From Lingula anatina (taxonomy: Eukaryota > Animalia > Brachiopoda): DNA of 64,000 nucleotides. A model generated the notes under the pieces. The model made no database searches, was not told where the DNA came from, and was given only the letters and a program-made list of their open reading frames with translations. Position numbers and translations under genes: made by a program. Location: positions 3,720,001-3,784,000 of the forward strand of contig JBPQGU010000016.1 of assembly GCA_051362555.1 (NCBI GenBank). Direction: 5' to 3'. Positions 11,845 to 24,191 of the stretch are shown here, piece after piece. The stretch's first letter is position 1, and each line of letters begins with the position of its first letter.

Positions 11845-13794
11845 TTGGCCAGGTAGGGATGAAAATTTTTTTTCTTCATTATAGTGTCAGGTAGGTGTGT
11901 TCGGTCATTTGTAGTAAGAATAAAGTGCTGGAAGAGTGGTGGTGTCAACATTAAGGAAGAAATAGAGCAAAAACTCTCTCTCCCCCCCCCCCCCTCTCAG
12001 ATTCTGTTCTCAGAGCTTATTTTTGGATCATCTTTAAAGCTAGAATTGGGGGCCTTGATGAAGTGACCCGGGCGCGTTTACACATTTTTTATGAATGACA
12101 GGTGTGGTAGATTGATTTTCGTCACTTTTTGGAAAAATCGGAGACGGGTCGATTTTTGGTGATTTTGAGTGATTTTGAACAGTGCCGGCACTGTGAGATT
12201 TCTTCAATTTTGGCCAGGTAGGGATGAAAATTTTTTTTCTTCATTATAGTGTCAGGTAGGTGTGTTCGGTCATTTGTAGTAAGAATAAAGTGCTGGAAGA
12301 GTGGTGGTGTCAACATTAAGGAAGAAATAGAGCAAAAACTCTCTCTCCCCCCCCCCCCCCTCTCAGATTCTGTTCTCAGAGCTTATTTTTGGATCATCTT
12401 TAAAGCTAGAATTGGGGGCCTTGATGAAGTGACCCGGGCGCGTTTACACATTTTTTATGAATGACAGGTGTGGTAGATTGATTTTCGTCACTTTTTGGAA
12501 AAATCGGAGACGGGTCGATTTTTGGTGATTTTGAGTGATTTTGAACAGTGCCGGCACTGTGAGATTTCTTCAATTTTGGCCAGGTAGGGATGAAAATTTT
12601 TTTTCTTCATTATAGTGTCAGGTAGGTGTGTTCGGTCATTTGTAGTAAGAATAAAGTGCTGGAAGAGTGGTGGTGTCAACATTAAGGAAGAAATAGAGCA
12701 AAAACTCTCTCTCCCCCCCCCCCCTCTCAGATTCTGTTCTCAGAGCTTATTTTTGGATCATCTTTAAAGCTAGAATTGGGGGCCTTGATGAAGTGACCCG
12801 GGCGCGTTTACACATTTTTTATGAATGACATGTGTGGTAGATTGATTTTCGTCACTTTTTGGAAAAATCGGAGACGGGTCGATTTTTGGTGATTTTGAGT
12901 GATTTTGAACAGTGCCGGCACTGTGAGATTTCTTCAATTTTGGCCAGGTAGGGATGAAAATTTTTTTTCTTCATTATAGTGTCAGGTAGGTGTGTTCGGT
13001 CATTTGTAGTAAGAATAAAGTGCTGGAAGAGTGGTGGTGTCAACATTAAGGAAGAAATAGAGCAAAAACTCTCTCTCCCCCCCTCTCAGATTCTGTTCTC
13101 AGAGCTTATTTTTGGATCATCTTTAAAGCTAGAATTGGGGGCCTTCTTGAAGTGACCCGGGCGCGTTTCCACATTTTTTATGAATGACAGGTGTGAAAGA
13201 TTGATTTTCGTCACTTTTTGGAAAAATCGGAGACGGGTCGATTTTTGGTGATTTTGAGTGATTTTGAACAGTGCCGGCACTGTGAGATTTCTTCAATTTT
13301 GGCCAGGTAGGGATGAAATTTTTTTTTCTTCATTATAGTGTCAGGTAGGTGTGTTCGGTCATTTGTAGTAAGAATAAAGTGCTGGAAGAGTGGTGGTGTC
13401 AACATTAAGGAAGAAATAGAGCAAAAACTCTCTCTCCCCCCCCCCCCCTCTCAGATTCTGTTCTCAGAGCTTATTTTTGGATCATCTTTAAAGCTAGAAT
13501 TGGGGGCCTTGATGAAGTGACCCGGGCGCGTTTCCACATTTTTTATGAATGACAGGTGTGGTAGATTGATTTTCGTCACTTTTTGGAAAAATCAGAGACG
13601 GGTCGATTTTTGGTGATTTTGAGTGATTTTGAACAGTGCCGGCACTGTGAGATTTCTTCAATTTTGGCCAGGTAGGGATGAAAATTTTTTTTCTTCATTA
13701 TAGTGTCAGGTAGGTGTATTCGGTCATTTGTAGTAAGCATAAAATGCTTGAAGAGTGGTGGTGTCAACATTATGGAAGAAATAAAGCAAAAACT
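11845..13794. repeat. ~362-bp satellite, short array (5 full monomers plus a partial)
   Basis: Monomer ttggccaggtagggatg...gagatttcttcaatt recurs every 359-366 bp. Length variation lies in the poly-C tract. Confidence 0.99.
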
Positions 13795-14701
13795 ATGTAT
13801 ACAGATTCCTGCTATATTATTATTTTATCTTTAATTTATCGAATTTTATGATGCCTTTCCTATATACATAGTCCTTTTTTAAAATAATTACCGTATCAGT
13901 TTTTTAAAACCTAGAACAAAAGTTTTCAGTTTGTCTGTCTTTTTTATTCCAGCAATTTCAGCAGCCATTACTGTTTCCGAGACACCTTGCCTGTGCTATC
14001 AAACGAAGCCTGTTACTTACAGCACAGGAGCACCAAAGAGTTTGAAGAGTGCTTTACAAGTCATCAGTCAAATTAAGCAGAAATGGTCTTAGCTTTGCAA
14101 ACCGGTGTCAAAGGGTCAAATCAAGTATTCCAAGCCTTCCAAGGACTAGTATGATGTAAGTCAGTATGGACAATATATTAAAGGTCCAAAAGCATCAAAG
14201 TCTTTAAGGTACTCGCCCCACGCCGCAGCATGTCATCGAAGAAATGACCCCTTGATGATAGGGATATGGATTGCAAGTGTTCTGGAGGCTCCAAGACAAC
14301 TGTCTATAGCAGGTTCTGGTACTTGCATAGTGGGTCTTCAAACCCTTGGTATAGAAAGTACAAACCAGCAGCTTAATCTGGAAGTTAAAAAGAAAAAACA
14401 GTCATAAGTCCATGCATTAAAATCATGTTGAAATCTCTTTTTGGAAATTAGAAAAACGACTATTGCAATTATTAGAGAAGGCTTAATTAACTTTGAGTGT
14501 GCATTTTTTATGAACTGATACTTCCTTGTGAACAAAAACTCTGAAAAGATTTCCACATTTTGTATTTTTGGCAATAATGAGAAATGAATGAACATTCATT
14601 GATTAATTATTATCATTATTTATTTATTCATTTATTTTTTTGCTATTTCCACTTGAGGGTGCTTACGCAAATTTGGCAGATTTCCCAAGTTTTGGGTTAA
14701 A

Positions 14702-14912
14702 TAATAATAATTTATTGAGCACTGAAATGTTTTTACATTTAGAAGCTCTCTAGCTACTATACATTATACATATGGAAAGATAGTAAGGATAGTAAGTAAA
14801 TGAAAGAGAAAAAAAAAATTATACTTATATAATGTTACACAATATACATTCTCTTAATATCCAGGTGAGATGCATGAAATCATTTGTGCACTTCTAGTTA
14901 ATTACGTTTTTT
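14702..14912 (-). mobile_element. 5'-truncated non-LTR retroposon insertion present only in unit A, TTAAA TSD
   Basis: Absent at the paralogous site (~55050, gggttaaaagcac). TTAAA at 14697-14701 and 14913-14917. Minus strand ends AATAAA followed by (TTA)n. Confidence 0.8.
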
Positions 14913-15404
14913 TTAAAAGCACAATGTTGTTATTTTGGGTCTTTATGAGGTAATGTGATTTTGTCAGCATATTAGTTAAATGAACAACTTTGTCTGGATG
15001 CCCCACTCCTGCCTCAAATGAGATTTTAAAAGCAAACATCAATATCTATAAAGTCAGGTTTTAATGCTTATTTTTGAACACATTTCACATAAATCACATT
15101 TCACATGATGATCTGGGCTGATTTTGTCAAAGTTAAAGAAACCCCATTTTGAACACTGATGACAATTTAAGTAAAACCATGTTACTCATGGATCTCAATC
15201 TTACAGAAAAGGTAAATTGGACTAAAATACAGCTTGAGTTAGAAAACTGAACTGATTGCATTCTTTTTCTGAGAGTTATTTATTTATTTAATTATCATTA
15301 TTATTATTATTTATTATTATTATTTTCAAAATATTTTTTTTTCACATATTAGCATTTTCTTCGTGAGACTTGGAACTCCCACGGGATGAAATTCCAGCTC
15401 CCAC

Positions 15405-15635
15405 TCTCAAGCCCCTGGGGAGCTTTTTGAAATAATATAAAGATGAAATTTGGGTCTTTTTAAAATAATTAAAATAATGATGTCAGGAAGGTGTGTTTTG
15501 TTTTTTCTAGCCATCCACAGGTAATTTTTTTTTTTCAATATTTCTTGTGAATTAAAAAAATATTTTTCCATCCCCCTCCCCAACCTCAAACCCCTGAGGA
15601 GCTTTTTGAAGTACTATAAAGATGCAATTTGGGGA
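15405..15635. repeat. Diverged ~180-bp tandem repeat related to the satellite (copy at ~55545-55775)
   Basis: ctcaa(g/a)cccctg(g/a)ggagctttttgaa...tataaagatg(a/c)aatttggg occurs twice ~179 bp apart, with tgtcaggaaggtgtgtt between (satellite has tgtcaggtaggtgtgtt). Confidence 0.65.
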
Positions 15636-16318
15636 TTTAATGATGAGATGTTGATATGTTTAGACAATTATTGTGAATGATCCCTTTCCGTCTCAGCACT
15701 GATACTCCTCCGCACCATTACTCCCTCGCACCGATAGGCCTATACTACCCCTTACACTCCATCGACCTCACCCGCATCTTAAAGCTCCTGCAACGATACT
15801 CTCTCACAGCCTTTGCAATTGGTTAAAACTGCTACCAACAAAACACAATGATTGATCTAAAAACTCTCGAAATACTATTTTTCCGAAAGTGCACCACCCT
15901 CTTGGGACCCAAAAGTGACACATTTCATTAGAAATATTGTGGAAAAATAAGGGAATTACTAAAGTTGGTCTGCTTAGTAACAAAGTACATAGTCGATCTA
16001 ATATGTATGCAGCTCGGCTTTGTGATTATTAAGAAATATCTGTATACTTCACTTCGTTCTTCAACAGTGGTTACTGTATACAATATGTGCATCTTCTTCT
16101 TGATTTGTTTATTAATTATTTTACTAAAAGTATGTTTTTAACAGAAGATAGCAAAGACGACATAATCTTTTCTTCAGGGGCCACTCTATTCGTAAAAGAA
16201 ATTGAAACAACAACAACAAAAAAAAACATTGTTTAAGCGAGAAATTGCCGCCTTTGTCCTCCTGGAAATGTGAGATTCTACAATTTAGGCTGTCCTTGGG
16301 CGATTGTAGGAACCACTG

Positions 16319-16486
16319 CAGGGGCGGATCCAGAGCTATATACTGACAGTCTTCCAAATTATCTTTGTTGATTCATCCTCCAATTTTGACCGTCTTCCAA
16401 CATTAAAAATTGGATACCCGTCAATGTAAACTTGAAAATCTGACCGTCTTCTGGAAGACCCAGAAGACGGCCTAAATCCGCCCCTG
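16319..16486. mobile_element. MITE with CAGGGGCGGAT TIRs, 5-bp TSD CACTG
   Basis: caggggcggatccag...ctaaatccgcccctg; CACTG at 16314-16318 and 16487-16491. Confidence 0.88.
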
Positions 16487-17581
16487 CACTGAACACCTAC
16501 AGTATAATGCGCTTAAATTACTGTTTTTTCTTTACGGTTCTGTTTGTAATAGAAATCTAGGACAGAAAAAATTACAACTTGAATGTAACATCATAAATCC
16601 TTAAAAATAGATAACAAATCCGATTGTGTTTATTGCCAGTACAGCTCTCAGGGGCGAATCCAGGATTTCGAAGACTAGGTGGTTAGTTTTTATTGACCCC
16701 GCTTCTACGTGGACGGAACGGTTCATTTTTAACATTGAATAAATTAATTGAATTAATATTCATTAAAATTAAATCAAATAAAATAACGATGCATGATGAT
16801 TAGTAATGCAAGATTTATGCCGCAAAGTCGCTTGTCAGACTACATCTAAGATGATCTCACGACATACTTGGGTATGGCTGTTTAGATGTAGGGGGTAGAG
16901 GCACTATTTGAAGGCAGCTGAAGGAAAAAATCGAAAGGAGTTCGATGGCATTTAGCATTACATGGTCCATTTCTCAGTAAAGAATACTAAATAAAGAAAT
17001 TATACATACTTCAGGATGGCTCACTGCGGTTTTCGTCCACACATAGGCAACCAGTAATTCGGACTCTACTAGCGATAATGTAAACACACCTTGAATGCCC
17101 ATTTATATATTTGCTTTTCTAGTTAAACTTAGCAATGTGTATTAATTTTGTTCGAAAAAAAAAAAGCATTCCACTGTAATTTGCGACCGCGTCCATGTGC
17201 ACCAATGCAGGCCTATTCTATTTATGGAGATGGTCACATAATCAGCAAAACGGAAATTTAACTGGTACATGTACAAGTTTCGAAATAAAATGTTTGTCAA
17301 ACCTTTATAATATCTAGAGCTTTTGTTGTTTGAAACATGTTTAACTAAAATGTAAGAAAAACGAAAAAAGTAAGCAGCAAGCTGGTAGGCAGTAAGTGAA
17401 AGCCTGGTCTGAACACTGAATTTCTAGGTAACCATGTATTTTTCACACCCCCTAATTTCATTTCCACAACGATCCGTGAATGAGGTTAAAAAGCAATAAC
17501 ATACTTGTGTGACAGGACAAAATGCTTTGTTTATTACGCCACTTTATCTTGTCAAATGAAGCATGAATTTGAAAAACCATG

Positions 17582-17950
17582 AAAACTAGAGGATCAGAGA
17601 GGTGATACCGCCTGAGGGTATTGTACCACCAGCTGGAGTAAGCTCATTCGTATAGAAAAGTGAAAAAAGGGACACCACCTCCAGTGTTGTGCTGGACAAG
17701 CTCTACATGCAGTAAGCAAAAGTTCTAAATAGTTTTGTTGAAAATTACCATTTAAAACAAAATCATGAGGAAAAGTAAAAGTTAAAATTCAAATTTGTGA
17801 AGTGCAGTTCATGGCAAAAAGTAGGTCAAAGCTCAATTTCAAGAACACAGATTGTCAGCATATGACTGCCTATTCAAGTTCAATAGTGATTATGGGCATA
17901 TCTCTGCTAGTTTTGGAGATAGAAAAGTTGCAAAGTTGCGCGGCTCATTA
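17582..17950 (-). mobile_element. Helitron/Helentron-like non-autonomous fragment
   Basis: Minus-strand CTAGTT terminus preceded by a hairpin (atacc-gcctgag-ggtat, ~17604-17620). The other boundary is uncertain. Confidence 0.4.
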
Positions 17951-18146
17951 TAAAATCGCCACCTTTTAAAATTTCCAGTTGTACTAAGTGCACGTGGTTT
18001 GCAGATTAATTTTAGCCATTAAGAGCGTTAGATTGAAACCTTTTGCCGCTACAAATACAACAACTTGATTGATATCTTAGGCGATTATCAAAAACAGACA
18101 ATAGCAAGAATCACTTACCTGCTGTAGGTTACAAGGGCGACCAACC

Positions 18147-18360
18147 CAGGGGCGGGACCAGGATTATTTGAAGGGGGGTCCACGGATGCAAAACCGACCC
18201 TTATCTTAGAGGGCGAACGGTGCTATTTAGTACTTTTTAGAACTATGATTCGGCTAGAGAAAATACTTATTTCATAAGGGGACCATCGGTGTGATTATTT
18301 TTAGAAACTGAAGGGGAGGAGGTCAGGACCCCCTGACCCCCCCCTCCCAATCCGCCACTG
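18147..18360. mobile_element. MITE with CAGGGGCGG TIRs, imperfect 5-bp TSD (CAACC/CAACT)
   Basis: caggggcgggaccagg...ccaatccgccactg; internal layout resembles 579-853. Confidence 0.75.
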
Positions 18361-18899
18361 CAACTACCAATGGACCTCGGTGGACACAGGTTAATTACAT
18401 ATCTGGCATTTGTGTCATAGGTTGTGCATTTAAGCTTTAAACTTAAGTTTTATAAATATTAAAGTACCTACCCTTTAACGCGAAGTAAGAATCACGGTCA
18501 GCCACCTTTGTTTATGAGACAGTAATCAGTGTTACGCCGACGACCATCACCTGATCTATTGAATTAAACGAGTGGAGTAGTAACGAACCCTTGGAACGAA
18601 TTTGAGAAATAAGCAAACCTGACTTTATCGAGTGTAGGGGAGTTCGATTTTCTAAAAAAAAAAAATGTACATTATATTTATAAAAATTCAGTCGGAATCG
18701 AAACTCCCCCCCCCCCCCGCCCCCACCGACCCTCCTAAATCCACCACTGGCACAAATCTTTTGTCCTGTACCATCTAAACTGCGTCACGTACAGCTCGAT
18801 GTAGCGAGTCAATATAAATATAATTTCAATCGGTTGACGAGAGGAATTAAAGTGAAATTAATTTCTCTCTGGTTATGACACGCCAGAAGAGGGCGGGAT

Positions 18900-21700
18900 T
18901 ATGGTAGGGGAGTTTTCGTGTCATTTAGGCGATTGACACGGTACTGTTAACACGCTTATGATTACGACTCCGTAGACGACATGGTTGATGAGTCCAGTGG
19001 AAGCGAACACTTTACCTTGGCTGATGTAATGAAAAAAATGGAAAGTAAAAAGAAAGAGGCGAAAGACTATTTCGACCATAGACTGTCTACTTTTAATGCC
19101 GAAGCCGGTAAAAACTGAAAGTCGACAATATTTATCTTGGAAAATAGAAGGTAATCACCAGCAATTTGACTCAACAGTATTTGAAAATAAGATTATTGTG
19201 GTGAACAAACTGACAGTGCCTTACAGTCTTGGCAAGAGAAACAAACTTATCAGAATTGCTGACACTTTCGACACTGTTAAGGAACATACTGTTAATCCTC
19301 TTGCTTGTGATTCTGAGAGCGAGAGAGCTACAAAGAAAATAAAAGAAAACAAAAAGGGAGCCAAAAAAAATAAGGTTATATCAGCAGACCGACCGATAGG
19401 TGTGGCGATACTTCTCAGCGGAGAAGTCTTTATCGCAGCAGCGGGTCGTGACTTTGCTTAGCTTGTTGAGGAAAGGGCCATTTCATGCTTGAGTGACCAA
19501 CTTACAGAGGGGAAAGTTATTCTACCAGAGTCCAACCCCAGAGATAAGGGAACATCTGGAATGGGATAGAAGGCGAAAGCATTGAAAAATAGATAAGTAC
19601 CCGGTACATGTATGAGTGCGTTAGTTTCAATCAAGAGTTGCATAATTATGAACATGAGCAAAATCAGAAATTCATACCCGTGAAAAGTAGGTTAAGAACC
19701 AATTTAAGTTTTTGGGAAGAAGTAGGGTATTCATTTTTTATTCTAGACTTGATAAAAATGGTTATAAATTTCCGTTTATAGCAACACCCTGTGGGATGAG
19801 GAAAGATAACAGCTTTCACCATTGAAAAATAAGTTTTTTGTTAAAAAGCTATTCTTGAATTGAAAAAGATGCGTTTGATTAAAAGGTGTAGCAAACAACC
19901 AATTGTTGATAACCCTTAAACAGAAGCAGTGCATAGCAGTGAAAAAAATAGATTGATTTTAGATGTACGAGAAGTAAACAAACATGTCCGTAAGCAGTCT
20001 GGTAGTTACGGACATTTGAGAACGGCTCTTATGTTTATGAAACTGTGTGGTTGGTTGATTAAATTTGATTCAGCTAATCAACATCTAGATATCAATTATC
20101 CTCATACGGATTATTGAGGTTTTTCATGGAAAATTCAAGATCAGCAGATTTATTTTTGATTCTTAGTTCTTCCATTTGGGTTATCATTAGCACTTAATAT
20201 TTTTTTTCAAAATTGACTTGGCAATTAATCAAAGAATGGTTCGATGTAATTGGATGACGGTCTGTGGTACTGCAGTAACATAGATAGATTGGAGCATCAG
20301 GGTGCTGAGATCAAAGATGATATTGCTAAGTCAGGTTTTATGTAAATATATGAGAATACTATTTGGTCGTAGGTACAGAGTCTGGCATTTATAGGCATCG
20401 AAATAGATATTAGTATTGGGGAAATCAAAGTTCTTGATATTAGAATAGCAAGTGCTAAGAGATGTGACATTATATTCGCACGAAAGTGAGCAGAGGTCTG
20501 GCTATGTCGGTCGGATTATACTATGTCTCATGTGTTGGGAAGTGTAAAACAACTAATGACAAATTATATTAGCATGGTTATTTCAAGTGCTTTTTCTTAG
20601 AATCAGAAAATGTGTGTGAAAGCATGCAGTCAAATTAGACCTTGGTGTAGTAAATCAGAATTTTACAGTTTTCACCTCAGTGCAATAAGGTAGTTTATTC
20701 TGATGCTAGTAGTACTGGGTTTGGAGGATATTGTGTGGAGACACCTAAAAGGGTGTGTTGCGGGGAATGGTCAGCTGACGAAGCGACGGAGAGCTCTACT
20801 TACAGAGAACTGATAGCTGTTTTCAGGGTCCTGTTCTCCATGGCAAACACGTTGAGTGTTTTGAGATTGAAGTGGTTTTCTGATAGCAAAGATGTTGTAA
20901 ACATTAAAGAAAAAAGTAGCATGAGGAGTAAATTACAACCTATTATTTTTGATGTTTTTCTTCTAATGGAGTTATTCAATAGAAATGAAAGGATACTGAG
21001 AGAAGAGAATACCCATGCAGATTATATAAGTAGAAGTGTGGATGTTGACAATTGGGGTATTTCTAAAGAATTATTCTCACATTTTGATAAGATATGGGGT
21101 CCTCATGAAGTGGATTGGTTTACGTCCTGCTACAATGCTTAAGTACATATTTTTACTCTAGATTTTAGAATTCAGGAACAGTGAATGGGACACGCGTCAT
21201 TTACGGATCTATCCTGGTCCTCAGATCAAATTCAGTCTCTTATTTCTACCAATGAGTTACAACAGACTCCTTGTTTCTATATTGTTTCCGACAGACTGTT
21301 CTGGTCCTTCACCTGTAAATATCCATCATGACGTAATCAAATGTGGCACCGAAACGTGCCCTTGGCTGACTCTGTTATGGTCTCAAAATTTTTGAAGCTT
21401 TAAGCTTTTAGATGCTACCTAGTTTCTTATTGAAAAGTCGAGATACAGAGGTGGCAATTGGCTTTTGATAAATCGGGTTAAATCGTATTTATGCCCAGTA
21501 AAAGTTCTTGAAAATATTTAGATTTCATTGGTAGGCCTCGATCCTAGCTACAGCTTTTCAAATTTACATGGCCTATTTTAAATATAATATCGTTGAGTTA
21601 CAATGACAGTTATGTATGAAAATTGTATAACGACGAGGGGGAGTATCGGTGCGCGTACAACAGTAATTTATGAATACATTTTACAGTATTATGGAATATA
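18900..21700 (+). pseudogene. Decayed DIRS/Ngaro-type retrotransposon (gag-like, RT, RNase H, MT-like domain, YR remnant)
   Basis: Gag-like KRNKLIRIAD...NPLACDSE; RT RLILDVREVNKHV, VLPFGLS, LDDGL (~20250); RNase H YSDASSTGFGGY and SSTYRELIAV; ADYISR..D.DNW...WGPHEVDWF; YR remnant at ~21425-21520. Many stops and frameshifts. Confidence 0.88.
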
Positions 21701-21772
21701 CATGTATATTAGCGCCCGTGGTCTTATTGATCAATTAATGTGTGAATGAATAAGTCAAATCCACATGTACAT

Positions 21773-22047
21773 CTGGGGCGGATCCAGGATTTTTTGGAAG
21801 GGTGGTGGTGTTTTTTTTACGGATTGACAAGGCCTCGGAGTGCAAGGCCGACCCTCACCCCTTTGGAGTTATGTTTGGGGCACGCTCGAGGGCCACGAAA
21901 AAGGGTGTTTTAGAGGGAAAATATCTCCATTTGATACGGTTTATAACTATTATTCAGCTATAGATTTTGGGTGTAATTTTTTTTATCAGAAATCGAAGGG
22001 AGGAGGGGGTCTGGATCCCCCCTGACACCCCCTCTTTATCCGCCATG
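21773..22047. mobile_element. MITE, duplicate of 579-853
   Basis: Same sequence at offset 21194. Confidence 0.7.
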
Positions 22048-23080
22048 TACATGTATTAGACCGTGAACATTCGTGAACAGTTTCAACCACAGTCCCTCGC
22101 CTGAAATGAGCCATGCCTGTCTGTAATTTGCATAACAATTACTTGCTCATCGTAGTGCGAGCTGTATTTCCGAATGCTCAGTAGGCAGTAGGACACAGCT
22201 AGGTGAAGACGCAATGTTCAACGTGCGGGTGCAGTCGCAACGCAGTCGTATGAGGCGTAGAAGCAAATGCATGTTTCGTAAGTAGCACTTTTTCTTCAGT
22301 ATCGTATGTCAGTTGATAGAAAGAGAGTAGAAAAATGCAAAGAAATTTGCGACGAGTATTTACGGGTATGTTACTACTCTTTGTTGTCGCTGTCGCCTGT
22401 CGTTTCTGTTATGCCACTCAAAATATTATTTAGCAAATTAGTAAATGGGCATATTACCACAAAGATCACGGACATATTTACATGATGGTACCGTACTTGT
22501 CACAGTTCCGAGCTTTTGATCCTAAGACAATGAACGATAGTCAGTTTTAGTAGGTTTGTTAATTTCATTATACATGTACCTGTAAAATGCTTGTAAGCAG
22601 TGTTGAAACACGGGGAAATGATTTATTCTAAAGCGAAATATGGTTCCCAAACGCGTGATGCAAAGCGATTTTAGATATTACAACTTTATATAGTAGGTAA
22701 AATAAATAAATAGTGATAACCTACACAAACTAGAGGAGTGTTTTCAATATTTTTTTTTTTCAAAGCAAGATATCTGAAATATCTTTATTACTAACTTCAG
22801 GTCTTAAATGTGGCGTTAGGCAACATAGAATCGATTGCTTTTTTGGGGTGCTATCTGAGCCTGAACTATGGACAAGTCAGATATTGTTAACATTACCTTC
22901 TTATTTCAGAAGTCCACTGAGATACTGAGAACTGCACGGCACCTGGCTGCTAGCAACCAAGCCTGTCATTCACCCTCTGGAACCCTACGCTCATCCATGC
23001 ATCTTTTGTTTTAAAATTGAATAAATACGTTTGTCATTCCTTGTGTTCTTATTCACTTCCATATGAAATGATGATAAAAT

Positions 23081-23111
<31 letters not shown>

Positions 23112-23712
23112 GAGGGTTAGGGGTAAAATTGTAAAGATATTATTGTTTGAGCACTTTCAAATTAAATCTGCTAAAACTGATCTGTAAGAATTGTGTTTGG
23201 GATTGATGATTTCTCCAGTAACAGAGGATGTCGTAAATCGAAAGGATTAAAAGTTTTGTTAATATGCCCAGTATTTTGTAAATAATTGAGAGCATTTTAA
23301 GAATACATCTACAGGATTTCCAACAGCCCACATTTATAAATACAATTTGTATGAATTTACGATATTGCTTTTTTAAAAATCTGTCCTACATTTTTTATAG
23401 TGAGACGGGATTTTAAAAAATATTTATAAATTAGTTCATCCTCCCAGATAAAATTTTCTTAATTTAATATAAGTCCATATTCTAAGGGTTTTGGTTTGCT
23501 AGAGAAAATTGTTTCAAATTTCACGACCTTCTCATCAAACGAACGCTTCAATTTTAAATTAAAACGGAAATATAAGAGATCTTGACACACTTTTGAAATG
23601 GGAACAATGAAATTTGCTCCTCCACCCAAAACTTAGAACTGCATATTCTGATATGTTTGAAAATGTCTCATTAAAATCATAATTAAAATAAATTGATCCT
23701 TTTATATAAAGA

Positions 23713-24172
23713 AATGGACTCGCCCCACCTGTCACCCCTCAAATCGAATGGACTTGTCCCACCTGTCACCCCTCAGATGAAATGGACTCGCCCCACCTGT
23801 CACCCCTCAAATCGAATGGACTCGCCCCACCTGTCACCCCTCAAATCGAATGGACTCGTCCCACCTGTCACCCCTCAAATGGAATGGACTCACCCCACCT
23901 GTCACCCCTCAAATCGAATGGACTCGCCCCACCTGTCACCCCTCAAATGGAATGGACTCGCCCCACCTGTCACCCCTCAGATGGAATGGACTCGCCCCAC
24001 CTGTCACCCCTAAGATGAAATGGACTCGCCCCACCTGTCACCCCTCAGATGACATGGACTCGCCCCACCTGTCACCCCTCAGATGAAATGGACTCGCCCC
24101 ACCTGTCACCCCTCAAATCGAATGGACTCGTCCCACCTGTCACCCCTCAAATCGAATGGACTCGACCCACTT
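23713..24172. repeat. 34-bp minisatellite, ~13.5 units
   Basis: Same unit as 2521-3014. The offset between duplicates drops by exactly 34 across it (21192 to 21158). Confidence 0.97.
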
Positions 24173-24191
24173 GAAAACTTTCAATGCAGGT

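Larger units (their letters stand above)
1..21194. repeat. Tandem segmental duplication, unit A (period ~21,194 bp; phase set by the window start)
   Basis: Sequence at 1 (cgtcatttacggatctatcc) recurs at 21195. ORF track entries repeat with offsets of 21158-21194 (646 to 21840, 5793 to 26982, 11574 to 32763). Confidence 0.98.
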
